This document shows positions 28,510 to 41,495 of a DNA stretch of 64,000 bases, piece after piece. The stretch comes from Octopus vulgaris (Eukaryota). A program made the position numbers and the translations under genes. The DNA is taken from the NCBI GenBank assembly GCA_951406725.2, contig OX597818.1, positions 99,386,001 to 99,450,000 on the forward strand, written 5' to 3'. Within the stretch, counting starts at the first letter, position 1; every line of letters starts with the position of its first letter. The notes under the pieces are model-generated. The model was not told where the DNA came from, made no database searches, and saw only the letters and a list, made by a program, of their open reading frames with translations.

Positions 28510-28980
28510 TCATGCACATATATGAGTATGCAAGTATATACGCACGCGCATACACACATATGTATTAAGAGCCACACACTAAACCACATACAGATATATT
28601 CTGGCACGTATATACATATTCTCAAAAAAATCTACTTAGAGTGTGGATATCAGAAATGAGTATAACTTTATGAAGTGTTTCATGTGTTAAATCGACAGAC
28701 AAAATCCAGCCCACTGTTTTTACGTATTGATCGAGCAAAATTCTCCTGATAAGAAGCCAGATAATTTTAAAAGGTTTCTAAAAGGGAGAAAATTCTTAGC
28801 ATTTTCATAAGAGCTTTGGAGGGATGAAAGTGAAACATAATAGTCGAAGCGGGAATCGAGAACAGGTTGCTGTCTTGATTCACCGGAAGTGTATAAACAA
28901 ACTACAACTTTCGGAACAGGAATACTTGAACATATGTAATGATAATCATATAAAGTACAAGTTTTGTTACAGATATTGTT

Positions 28981-29040
<60 letters not shown>

Positions 29041-30225
29041 TTACATACACACAGACACATACGCACTCACATACACACAGACACGCGCCTGCACACATAT
29101 ATGCTCTGACGCACATAGCGCTCTTACTCGCCATACAGCGAACATGTTTGTATATTTGTATGTACGTATATCTCTATACACACACACGCACACACATACA
29201 CACTCACACCTATTTACACACACACATAGGGTGAAGTCACATGGATGCACTTTTTAGAATTTACTGAAATAGTCCGACTAAGTTAACGTTTAATACAGTT
29301 CTATGAAAACAAAGCGAGTAAAGATTATTACATCTCTGTAGCTGATGTTCCATAAAGCCGCTCCTTGTATTAAGCATTTTACTCGAGAGATCGAATTATG
29401 AAAAGCATTGGAGAAAGAGAGATAGTGAGAGAGATAGAGAGGGGGAGAGAGAGAGAAGAAGAGAGAGTGTTCAGATCCAGTAAATTAAATTTTTCCTATA
29501 GTTATTATTGTTTTGCCTTTTATTTTTGTTTTAAAAAACCATCAGTTATATGTTGTTGTTTTCAAAGCCGATGTTGCAACACTTCGTTGAAAGAAGAATA
29601 AAACAATAATGACAAAATGAAAAAAAAAAAAAAACGACAACAAGAAAAAAAACACACAAATAACTACTCTGTAGCCAGTAAAATTGATGGCGTGCTTTTA
29701 TGTCCCTATAGATTTTCACTTTGTTGATTCTCTAACGATTTTATGACAACAGGAATCCTATCATGTTCGAGTAAAAGACCCAAGGCTGTGCAAAAATTGT
29801 GTTTCTTCCAAAATAGTGCATGATACATAAACACTAGAAGGGTTAATAAGAAATCTATGGTTCTTCTATCATTCATTTCTGCTCTATCATTGACACAGTC
29901 ACAATAACAGAATGGAACGCTTTTCAAAACTCTGTTTCAGCTTGACATTAACGTTGAATATTATATTCTGAAACAATCTTGTATATAGATTTTTAAGTAC
30001 GATATTATACAAGTTGACTATGGTTAAGAAAACCTAAGACCACAAACGTTTCACATATGACCACCTCGTCGAAGTCTCATAGTCAGGTAACTTACTCTTT
30101 TCAATATGTTTCGTTTTAAAAAATAGGATGTGACTTGAAAGATTATTCACTGCTCATTCTAGCAGGTCAAACGATCATTTCTTTTTACAGCCACTCTCGA
30201 ATATGTATACGTGTATACGTGTATA

Positions 30226-30271
<46 letters not shown>

Positions 30272-30339
30272 TATGAATTTATTGCGTAATGAGATAAAAA
30301 CCAAGGCTGTATAGATATTAGAGCATTTATTGATAGAAG

Positions 30340-30391
30340 GTCTTACAGCTGTTTCTAGGATATTTATTAATTATATCCCTTCATCGGAGAC
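30340..30391 (-). ncRNA. Type I hammerhead motif (U4C variant)
   Basis: Minus strand reads GUCU CCGAUGA A-GGGAUAU-AAUUAAUAA-AUAUCCU-A GAAA CAGCUG UA AGAC. Stem III is the palindrome ACAGCUGU. The island 30270-30612 is flanked by (TA)n on both sides. Confidence 0.7.
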
Positions 30392-30611
30392 TGTGAGAGG
30401 ATAGTTAAGTTATAGTTAGTTTAGATGTGATATAAAATAGAGAGTGAGGTGGAGGAAAGAAAATAGATGCAAGATCTGTATGGATATTGAAGTTATAAAT
30501 CCATTTTTTAGGCAGAATGGTATATATGTAATATTCCAATACCATATGAGTAAAGTCCAAAAGTCCAACAGAGTTTAAAATGGGTGCCTCCAAATATAGA
30601 GTTTATACACA

Positions 30612-30652
<41 letters not shown>

Positions 30653-31435
30653 TCTATGTATAAACGTATACATATATGTATAAGTATGAATGTATGTTTG
30701 AATATATGTGTGTATATGTTTGTATATATGTATGAATATATGTATGTAAATTAATTTCTTTTTACTTATTAGAATTCTACCTAGAGCGGGCTGGTCACCA
30801 ACAAAAACAAAACCAAGCTCCATAACTGGAATCTGGATAGCAATAATTGCTACATACCAAGCTTTAGGAAAATCTTGCATATTTTAACTGTTCCATTCAT
30901 AGAGTGTATCATGTCAGCCGAATCTCAGCCTTTTCCGATTGTCGTTTAAACATTTATAAACATAGCGAAGTACACGAAATCAAATTAATTAATAGGCAAT
31001 TTAAATTAATAATTTCTCGTAGAAATAAAAGACAAGAATTAAAACATAGGAAGAGCAGTCGATTGTAACGACCCTAGTACATGACTGGTACTTTATATTG
31101 TCGACTCAGGAAATATTGAATAGGAAGTTTACTTCGAGGTCATTTGAACCCATAACATAAAGAAGCGGATGTAATACGGTAGAGCAGTTTGTCGGTGCCC
31201 TAATGACTCCGCTAACCCTCTGGTTTAGTCAATTTAACATAATCATAGAAGAAGCTATCTCATTAGATATCTCGCATGTAGATTATAGATTATACGAGCG
31301 TTAATTTGTACGCATGCATGCATGTGTGTATGTACGGTATGTATGTTTGTAGTATGTATACATGTATGCATTTATGATTCTCTTTCTTTCTGTATATATA
31401 TAGTCATGCATGCATACATACGTAAACACACATAT

Positions 31436-31469
<34 letters not shown>

Positions 31470-31739
31470 AACATGCTAACACGCACAGAGGAGAACACAC
31501 ATAAGTATACACACTAAGTCACGTATGCAGACACAGACGCTCACATGCCCACGTATTTACACATATAGACATGATACAGCCTGGCCATACAAAACTGGAC
31601 AGGACTGCGGACAAAAATACATTCATACGATTATATTCAGATTGACAAAATCAAATTCACAAATTTAGATTAAGGAATACAGCCGCATAAATAGAAAGGT
31701 ACAGACTCATGTGTGTATAAACACAGGAATAGAAACACA

Positions 31740-31797
<58 letters not shown>

Positions 31798-31798
31798 T

Positions 31799-31833
<35 letters not shown>

Positions 31834-32347
31834 CATACACCCACATAAACACACACTGTCACGTACACACATAGACAAATAATCGCACGCATGCCCATGT
31901 ATTTAATCACTCAAACCTATACAGACTTATGTCTATAGCCAGATTTACTGACATGAATGCCCTTTATTAAATGGAAAATCACCAATGGCTAAATCGAGAC
32001 TTGAGTTAGAAATTGCAGAAAAGATACACAAACCCCCTACATATTAATCTAAAATAGAAGTTAAGTTGGTATCTAGCAATTCAACGCCATCTTTCAAAGA
32101 CATGCGGTTGAAGAGATGGGGGAAGTAACCGAGGGTGACACTAAATGACAGCTAATCAATGAGAGCACTTCTTGGTTGTTCGAGTATGTCTTTATTACTT
32201 GAGGGGAACTGAAAGACAGTTTCGAAAGAACGCACCACGAAGGCGACTGTATTAGAGTACTTAGCCGTGATGGAGAGTGAAACTGAAGGCATTTTAAACA
32301 CATACATACATACATAAATACATACATATAAATATATATATATATAC

Positions 32348-32382
<35 letters not shown>

Positions 32383-32404
32383 CATACATACATACATACA
32401 TACA

Positions 32405-32440
<36 letters not shown>

Positions 32441-32445
32441 TATGC

Positions 32446-32682
<237 letters not shown>

Positions 32683-32848
32683 TGTTCTGTCATTAATATT
32701 AGCCCGTTATTAAAGAAAAAAACATATCTGCGTATTAAGTTGGCAACCTTTAGTTGATTATTAATGTATAGCTGTGCAATCTTACATAGAAACACATACA
32801 AAAACACATCCGTATACATGCTTACAAACATACACACACGGTGATATA

Positions 32849-32914
<66 letters not shown>

Positions 32915-33269
32915 AATAGATAAATGTTTGTATGTCAGTATACATATACGTATATATAATGTGTGTGTATGTGTCTGTGTGTGTGTGGGCGTGTATGTGT
33001 GCGTGCGTATGAATATATATGTATATATATATGTGTGAGTGTATGCATATTTGTGTGTGCTTGCACATACAGGTGTGATTGTGTGTGTGTATGTGTGTTT
33101 GTGTGTGTGTGTGCCTACGTATAACATACACAGATGTCTACTGAGTGAAAGAATAGATAGAAATAACTTCTGACACATTTTCTGACACAAAATTGCGTGA
33201 TCTTAGCGTGTACAAACTGACACACAAACTTACACACATGAATATCTATTAAAAAAATGTATTTGTGAC

Positions 33270-33399
<130 letters not shown>

Positions 33400-34211
33400 T
33401 TAAATAAATGAATAAATCCTACGCACGCATAAATACATATAAAGATATAGAATATATTACACACATCAGTTTGATGCCTATGTACGTATGTATGTATGTA
33501 TGTATGTATGTATGTATGTATGTATGTATGCATGTATGCATGTATGTATGTATGTATGTATCTATGTATGTATGTATCTATCTATCCATCCATCCATCCA
33601 TCCAAACCAATTCGCGGGAAGACATCACTGCAGAGTACTGGTACGTTTATCCACACGTCCATTATCTTCTTGATGAGATTTTACTGATTGTAATGAGTAT
33701 TTAGAAGCCTAGAGCTCGTTTCAATTAGACATGCCATTTCTTATGTCACCATCGGCAATTCCTACTCATCAATCTACTTGCAGTGTTGCTTTATAATTAA
33801 GAAATCAATTATGCTTTCTTAAACGCCGCAAAGTCAAAATTACCAAATGATTTCGATTTTCATGTTTTAGCTAATTCTCTTCACAGGCGTCACTATGTCA
33901 GTAACTAATTAGGAAGGACGTGTACGCCAGAATATTTTGCGCCTCATAGTTCTTAGGTACCCGGTCCTGAGATAGAGTAAGAGATAAGTGATATTATTCT
34001 TTATTTTTTTTTGCCCCTAGATTCCCGTAAAAATCTAAAAGAAAGCAAAATCTTTCCTTCAAAGTATTTTAATTTTAAAAATAAAATGCTGATGTATAAG
34101 TAATTCTATGCATACTAAACACACACACGTACATACACATATACACACGCATACAGACATAAGCACATATATAAATATAAAATGCACATACAAGTGAATG
34201 AGGCACAGCAC

Positions 34212-34271
<60 letters not shown>

Positions 34272-34286
34272 GTCTGTCTGTCTGTA

Positions 34287-34367
<81 letters not shown>

Positions 34368-34374
34368 GTCTATA

Positions 34375-35140
34375 TAGTAATAATAACAGCAATTGCTGGA
34401 TGAAATTTATAAGCATTTAATGTGTTGCTACGCGCGTTTCTACAAATCATGTCTCTTAAGATCACAGTTCGTATTCCTGGGATGATTACAGTGTAGTCCG
34501 TTGTATCTGTGGGTATCGGGTAAATCATTTTTACGGCTTCCTAAATATTGGTTGGTTTGATGATGCTACACACTATACCACTGTACCACTAGAAAAAATT
34601 AATAGGTCACCTCAAGAAAGTATCATTTATCAATTCAGATAATGAACTCCAACAGCTGACGGCTGTATTGGCTGTATCGGCTGACCTGTTTACTTCAGAC
34701 TGCATTGAAGATAATCATGCCTTAATTGAGATCGAACAAAGGAATGTACTACCTATCCTTGACATCTGCAGACTGAATAACAAAGTAAGTCCAATATCAC
34801 CACACACTTCCATCGCTATATAACTACCATTCCATCCTCTCTTTCTATCAACTTCCCCTCCTCCCCACCAAATACACACAGAAATACCCACATAACTCAA
34901 TCAACCTTCACACTGGTCAAAAGGGATAACTAACCCTCTATTTTACATCTATTATTGTTATATCGCCTCAAGAAATGAATCCATGAAAATGATCTACCCG
35001 ATTCCCACGGATACTACGGACTACACTGTAGTCATCCGAGGAATACGGACTGTGATCGTAAGAGACATGTGATTCGTGGAAACGCGCGTAGCAAGGCAAT
35101 AAATGTTTATGAACCCCATCCAAGAATTATTGTTATTATA
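34375..35140. mobile_element. ~760-bp element with ~165-bp diverged inverted arms carrying degenerate hammerhead-like motifs; probable Penelope-like remnant
   Basis: 34378-34545 is roughly the reverse complement of 34972-35140. Both arms, read outward, contain C(T/G)TAAGA gacatg...GAAA CGCGCG TA GCAA (palindrome ACGCGCGT). Microsatellites flank both ends. Confidence 0.55.
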
Positions 35141-35225
35141 TATATATATATATATATAAATATATAGATGGTTAGATTATATATATGCTTATATAGGCAT
35201 ATATAGATATATATATATAATAGTT

Positions 35226-35256
<31 letters not shown>

Positions 35257-35295
35257 CATATATTTGATAATTTGTATCTAACTATCTATCTATCC

Positions 35296-35354
<59 letters not shown>

Positions 35355-36734
35355 AATCTATCTATCTATCTATGTATATATGCGTATATATGGATGTATA
35401 TAATCTAACCATCTATATATTTATCTATAAGGTAGATAGATGTTCGGTATGCGAACCTGGTATGTATTGCTTTATTTCTATGTGATGAAAGCTAAGCTAG
35501 TTGAAGCTAGATTTATGGCGAGAACATAGAAATAAGAAGTAAAAACTATGAAATATGCAGTCAGGTAATGGTTTATTAACTTTGCTCCAAGTCTTGCTCT
35601 TTAGCTCCGAGTCAGCCTTGATTTAGCAGACATACATTCAAAGCCATTGATTGTGCTCTTTTTCACCGATGTATATAACGATATAACAAATATTTGGCTG
35701 CTATGACTAGCAAATCAAGTGACAACGTGGAGGCTGTATGTGTTAGTGAAGTGCCGAAGCTATAAAAAGGCAGACAAAAGGTCCTATAATCAATTTAATT
35801 TTGAGCTCTAAACCCACCTGTGTTGACTTTACCTTTTATCACTGGGCGGTTCGCAAAATAAATACTAATCGTGTTCTTGGAACGATTTAATTGATTTATC
35901 TAGACATTTTCTGTCGCTGTTCCACAAATAAAGTATTATTTCTTGAAGAGAGAGGAAATTCGGTGCTGAGACAGATCAATGGCCGAACCAAACAAGCGTT
36001 GTACAACTATCAAATTGACGATACTTGAGTATATGAGAAGATAATATTGGAACGTTAATCTTCAGAAATTATTTTTTCTTTATTCATTTTCTTTATAATT
36101 TTCTTTTATAAGTTGTCCGGGAGAAAATAGAGTTAATAATCTTTGTCTACCCTCCCAAAGTGGCAGAATTAATGAAGCTGATGCTCAAACACGACATCTG
36201 TAATTCAACAAGTAAAACAACAACAACAACAGCAAAAACAACAACAATAACGGCAACAAGGCCTGACATTTTGAGTGAGGGCTCTAGTCGATCATATCAA
36301 TCCCACCGTTCAACAGGTACGTATTTCATCGACACCGCAAAAATGAAAGTCGACCTCGGAACCAGCACTAAGCGTTTTGTCCGACGTCCGAACGATTCTG
36401 TCACCTGGCTGCCCTCAATGGTTTCAAATTTTGGCCCAACGCCAGCAAATTCTGGGAAGTATGTAAATCAATTGCATCAACTCCACTGCTCAACTGGTAC
36501 TTTATTTTATCGATCTCGCAAGAATGGCAGATAAAGCCTACCTCGGCGGGATTTGAACTCAGAGCGTAAACAGCCGGAAGAAATACTGCGACGTATTTTG
36601 TCCGAATTGCTGTTGAAGAGAATGCTTTGTGTATCCTACGCTGCATAGTATGAAGACCAAAAGAAATAACTATCTTGACAAAAAAAGCAAGTAAACGAAT
36701 AAAAATAGAAAAAGAACAACAATGCAGAAACAAT

Positions 36735-37460
36735 TGTTGTGACCCCTTCGGTCATGAATGACCACGGGATTGCACCTAGAAAGTTACTCTCCGAGGCACA
36801 AATCTGGGTAAGGTTGTTTATGGAAGACCAGCAGTCACCCACACATACCAGCCTCCCCTCTCCACGCCACCGATGTTATCCAAGGGAAAGGCAAAGGCAG
36901 ATACAGCTTGGCACCAGTGACATCGCAGCTCATTTATTAACGTGCAAGTGGCTGAACACTCCACAGACACGTGTACTCTTAACTCAGCGTGACACAGAGT
37001 GTGACAAGGCTTGCCCTTTGAAATACACACACACACATACAATCATAATCACACACACATGCATACACACACATATCGTGGCACTCTGTCGGTTACGACC
37101 ACGAGGGTCCCAGGTGATCGATCAACGGAACAGCTTACTCGTGAAATTAACGTGCAAGTGGCTGAGCACTCCGCAGACACGTGTACCCTTAACGTAGTTC
37201 TCGGGGGAGACTCAGTGTGATACAGAGTGTGACAAGGCTGGCCCTTTGAAATACAGGTACCACAGGAACAGAAAGAAAGAGTGAGAGAAAGTTGTGGTGA
37301 AAGAGCACAGCAGGGTTCGCCACCACCTCTTGCCGGAGCCTCGTGGAGCTTTAGGCGTTTTCGCTCAATAAATACTCACAATGCCCGATCTGGGAATCGA
37401 AACCGCGATCCTACGACCGCGAAAATCGCTGCCCTAACCACTGGGCCATTGCGCCTCCAC
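36735..37460 (-). mobile_element. Long composite tRNA-headed SINE (family D) with internal duplication and RTE-like tail
   Basis: Minus head GTGGAGGCGCAATGGCCCAGTGGTTAGGGCAG..GGTTTCGATTCCC. The ttaacgtgcaagtggctga..gacaaggc..ccctttgaaataca block is duplicated (36937-37026, 37147-37255). A related fragment lies at 40823-40925. The RTE origin of the tail is from memory. Confidence 0.7.
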
Positions 37461-38204
37461 ACAGAAACAATACTTGCGCAATATTTGTTGCAATATCAAT
37501 AACAAGCGCAGTAATCATTATAGTTGTTATGGTGACATTGTGATTGAAATTACTATTGCTACTACTGCTACTGCTGCTGCTGATGAGATGAGGATGATAA
37601 CGATGACGATGGAATATAAATCATCATGTAAAAAAATACGGATATTGAAGTTACTCAAATTAAAAAAAAAAGGATAAAAAGTTAGGAGTTGTGTTCCTGT
37701 TTGTTAAGGAAAACAAACCCACAACCTCCACCTTCTCCGTGATTACATCAACAGTATCACCACCACCACCACCACCACCACCACCACCATTAACTCCATC
37801 ACACTACTACAACAAATACCAGCACAACCATTAATACCACAACAAGCATTTAGGCTATATCTACCATCGTTAAAACCCTTTACTTCCAACATCACCACCT
37901 TCGGCATCACCATCGACAAAAACAACAATAGCACGATTGATAACAACCCCAACATTTTTACATCCTGTACCATAAAACTAAACAACATGGCGCTTAACAA
38001 CGTCAATAAGGATATTAATATAATCATTACCTGAAAAAAACCGAGCGATGAACAGCAGTAAAAGCATCAGACACAAGGCTTGCACATGTGCATGTGTAGT
38101 AATGTGTATATGTGTGTATGTGTGAGTATGTATGTGTGTGTGTGTGTGTGTGTTTGTGTGTGTGCGTATTCGTGTATGCATTTGTGTGCATTCATATGCA
38201 CATA

Positions 38205-38235
<31 letters not shown>

Positions 38236-38491
38236 TTGTATGCATACACAAATACCTACATACATGTATGTATGTATGTATGTATGTATGTATGTATGTA
38301 TGTATGTATGTATGTATGTATGTATGTATGTATATATGTTTACAGACGTGGCTGTGTGGTGAGATGTTTGCTTCTCAACCACATAGTTTCGGGTTCAATC
38401 CCTTTGCGTGGTGCACTGGCTGCTTCTATTAAAGCCCAGGGCCGACCAAAGCCTTATGAGTGAATTTGGTAGATGGAAACTGAAAGAAGCC

Positions 38492-38532
<41 letters not shown>

Positions 38533-38565
38533 AAAATAAATATATATATATATATATATTTATTT

Positions 38566-38610
<45 letters not shown>

Positions 38611-39365
38611 AAATAAATATATATATATATATATTTATTTATTTATACACATATGCGTGGATGTATGAGTATATAAATACATGTGTGTATGCATACACTC
38701 ACATCTGCGTAAATATGTGTTTGTAGGCGTATTAACCATCTTGGCAAGACAGAACTGTTTCGCTTGTCACTTCTTTCTCTTCGTAGGTTCTGGGTACTCG
38801 ATGCTAAATACCCGCATTATTTACTATAAAACTTAAAAAGGGTCCTGTCCCTTTCTTCACAAGCCGTAAATGTAAACGGTTGCAGAAACATCTAAACTTC
38901 CAGGAGTGTTACCATCCTATGTTCTATTTATTGGTATATATGACATCCATTATTTCCGCATTTTCATTTGACAAAGCATTGGTCATAGCCCCACAAAATT
39001 TATAATTATTTGTAGAGTACTCTTGGTGAAGAGGTGCCTTGATTAGCTGAGATTAATGTGTCTAGTTACCACACACACACACGCCATCGCTCGCGCGTAC
39101 AAACGTGTATATGCATGTATACATGTATGTATATGTATTTATCTATGCACGTATACACATATGCACATATATTTACGTATATCCATGCACGATTTGTTAA
39201 GCGATAGACATGTATATCTCTTTTATATACATACATTCACGCATACATATATAGATATGTAAGCACCAGCCACTTTTTAAAAGTGTATAGTTGCTCATAC
39301 GCATTCATAAAAACACTATTTGCATACATACTCGCACACGCATACACACACACAACACACTCACA

Positions 39366-39399
<34 letters not shown>

Positions 39400-39428
39400 G
39401 ACATGTTTGCACCAGCTACATATATCCC

Positions 39429-40046
39429 TTTCTACTCTTGGCACAAGGCACGACATTTTAAGGGTGGGGGACAGTCGATTAGATCGACCCCAGTACGTAA
39501 CTAGTACTTAATTTATCGACCCGAAAGAATGAAAGGCTAATTCGACCTCGGCGAATATTGAACTCAGATCGTAACAGCAGACGAAATACTTATTTATTTA
39601 CTGCCAACAAGGGGCTAAACACAGAGAGGACAAACAAGGAGAGACAAACGGATTAAGTCGATTATATCGACCCCAGTGCGTAAATGGTACTTATTTAATC
39701 GACCCCGAAAGGATGAAAGGCAAAGTCGACATCGGCGGAATTTGAACTCAGAACGTAACGGCAGACGAAATAACGCTAAGCATTTTATCCGGCCTGCTAA
39801 CGTTTCTTACTTCTTTATTGCCTACAAGGGTCTAAACAAGAACACACAAGAGAAGACACACAAGAGAGGACACACAAGGACAGTCAAAGGGATTAAGTCG
39901 ATTACATCGATCCTAGTGCGTAATTGGTACTAAATTTATCGAACCCGAAATGATGAAAGGCAAAGTCGACCTCGGCGGAATCTGAACTCAGAACGCACCG
40001 GTCTGAGCTAAGCATTGCTTAGCTCAGTTTCTGCCAGCTCGCCGCC
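39429..40046 (-). mobile_element. SINE family B multimer
   Basis: Three reverse-complement body units; the head ends gctcgccgcc at 40046. More diverged family-B relatives lie at about 2760-2900(-), 5830-5970(+), 9720-9860(-), 31050-31220(-), 36255-36610(-), 45470-45560(-) and 58412-58610(-). Confidence 0.85.
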
Positions 40047-41227
40047 TTACCAGCTACATATATTACTGATTATATATGAGTATGTCTGAACGAGTTTTGC
40101 AAACAGCTCTATTATCTAGAATCTGGGCTATTAAAAAGTCACTATCGGAAGAACTTTAGGCTACAAATGTCAACAATCACACACAACAGTGATAATTACG
40201 TGATGTTATATAAAATTATAAATATTAAAACAAAAACCAAATAACCAATACCCTTAAAACAATCTCATTTTCCTTGTTTTTGCTTGTTGAAACGGACAAG
40301 TTTACCTCCCATCACACGCCAAACACTTATATTCATACATGATTGAGTTCATATAGTTACATATATTCGAACACACACACACACATATACATTCACATTG
40401 TTATTCTCACCCCTCTCTGTCTGTTTGTCTATGTCTTTTTCTCTCTGCCTCACAGTCTCTTTCTTAAACATACATACATATCCATATATTTATAGCTGTC
40501 TTAAAAGATAAATCTAAGAATCTTCTCTATTATACAAGAACTTACACACATACGTATGCATATATGAACTCAACATAAACACATGCAAACAAAATTGAAG
40601 AAACTACGAAACCACATACACTCAACCTCTCTGTCTCTCTTTCCCTCCCTATCTCCCTTTCCCTCTCTGTCTCTCTTTCCCTCTCTATCTCTCTTTCACT
40701 CTCTCTCATCCCGTCTTTCATTCACACTTGCTCATTCTCTTTCTCACTTTTTCTTTACTCACACGTATTTAGAACGGAGCTCTTAGCTGTCATTACTTTA
40801 ACACTTGATCAGTAGTAAAGCTGGCACTCCGTCGGTTACGACGACGAGTGTTCCAGTTAATCTGATCAACGGATCAGCCCGCTTGTGACATTTGACGTGT
40901 AAGTGGTTGAGCACATCACAAACACACCTTCTGGGGTGGATAAAAGACATACCGTTGAAAAATGCTGCTTGTCGGCGAAATGTCTCGAAAATGTGAGGTA
41001 ATGAGCCTGTGCTATGAGAGAAATCAATATTCTTGTTTATCCTGGAAATGTAGAACATGGATAAAACACTCTTAAGTTCTTGAGTTCAAATATCACTAAA
41101 GTCATCTTTATTATTCCTCCTTTCAGGACGAATAATACAAATACCAGTGAAATACTGAAGTCGTTAGACTTGACTGATACGTTCTTCCATAACTTGAGAA
41201 CTTATGATTGAATATCATTAGTATTAT

Positions 41228-41495
41228 GTGGAGGTGCGTGGCTTAGTGGTTAGGGTATCAGCATTATGATCATAAGATTGTAGTTTCGATTCCTGGACCG
41301 GGCGACGCGTTGTGTTCTTGAGCAAAACACTCCATTTCACGTTGCTCCAGTCCACTCAGCTGGCAAAAAGGAGTAACGCTGCGATGGGCTGGCGTCCCGT
41401 CCAACTGGGGAACACATACACCATTGAAACCGGAAAACCGGGCCCATGAGCCTCGCTAGGTTTTTAAAAGGGCGCATTTATTTTCATTTTATCTT
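41228..41495 (+). mobile_element. tRNA-derived SINE family C (CORE-like centre)
   Basis: TGGCTTAGTGG A box, GTTTCGATTCC B box, ttgtgttcttgagcaaaacact..cagtccactcagctg CORE-like block and a (TTTAT)n tail. Confidence 0.85.

Noticed and set aside
32263-32290. gcc GTGATGG agagt GAAA ctga aggc
   Set aside because: Two core mismatches and no stem II or III; compatible with chance.
41228-41300. tRNA gene candidates at SINE heads (also 1915, 12460, 37390)
   Set aside because: A and B boxes run into SINE bodies and tails; no proper acceptor stem or terminator.
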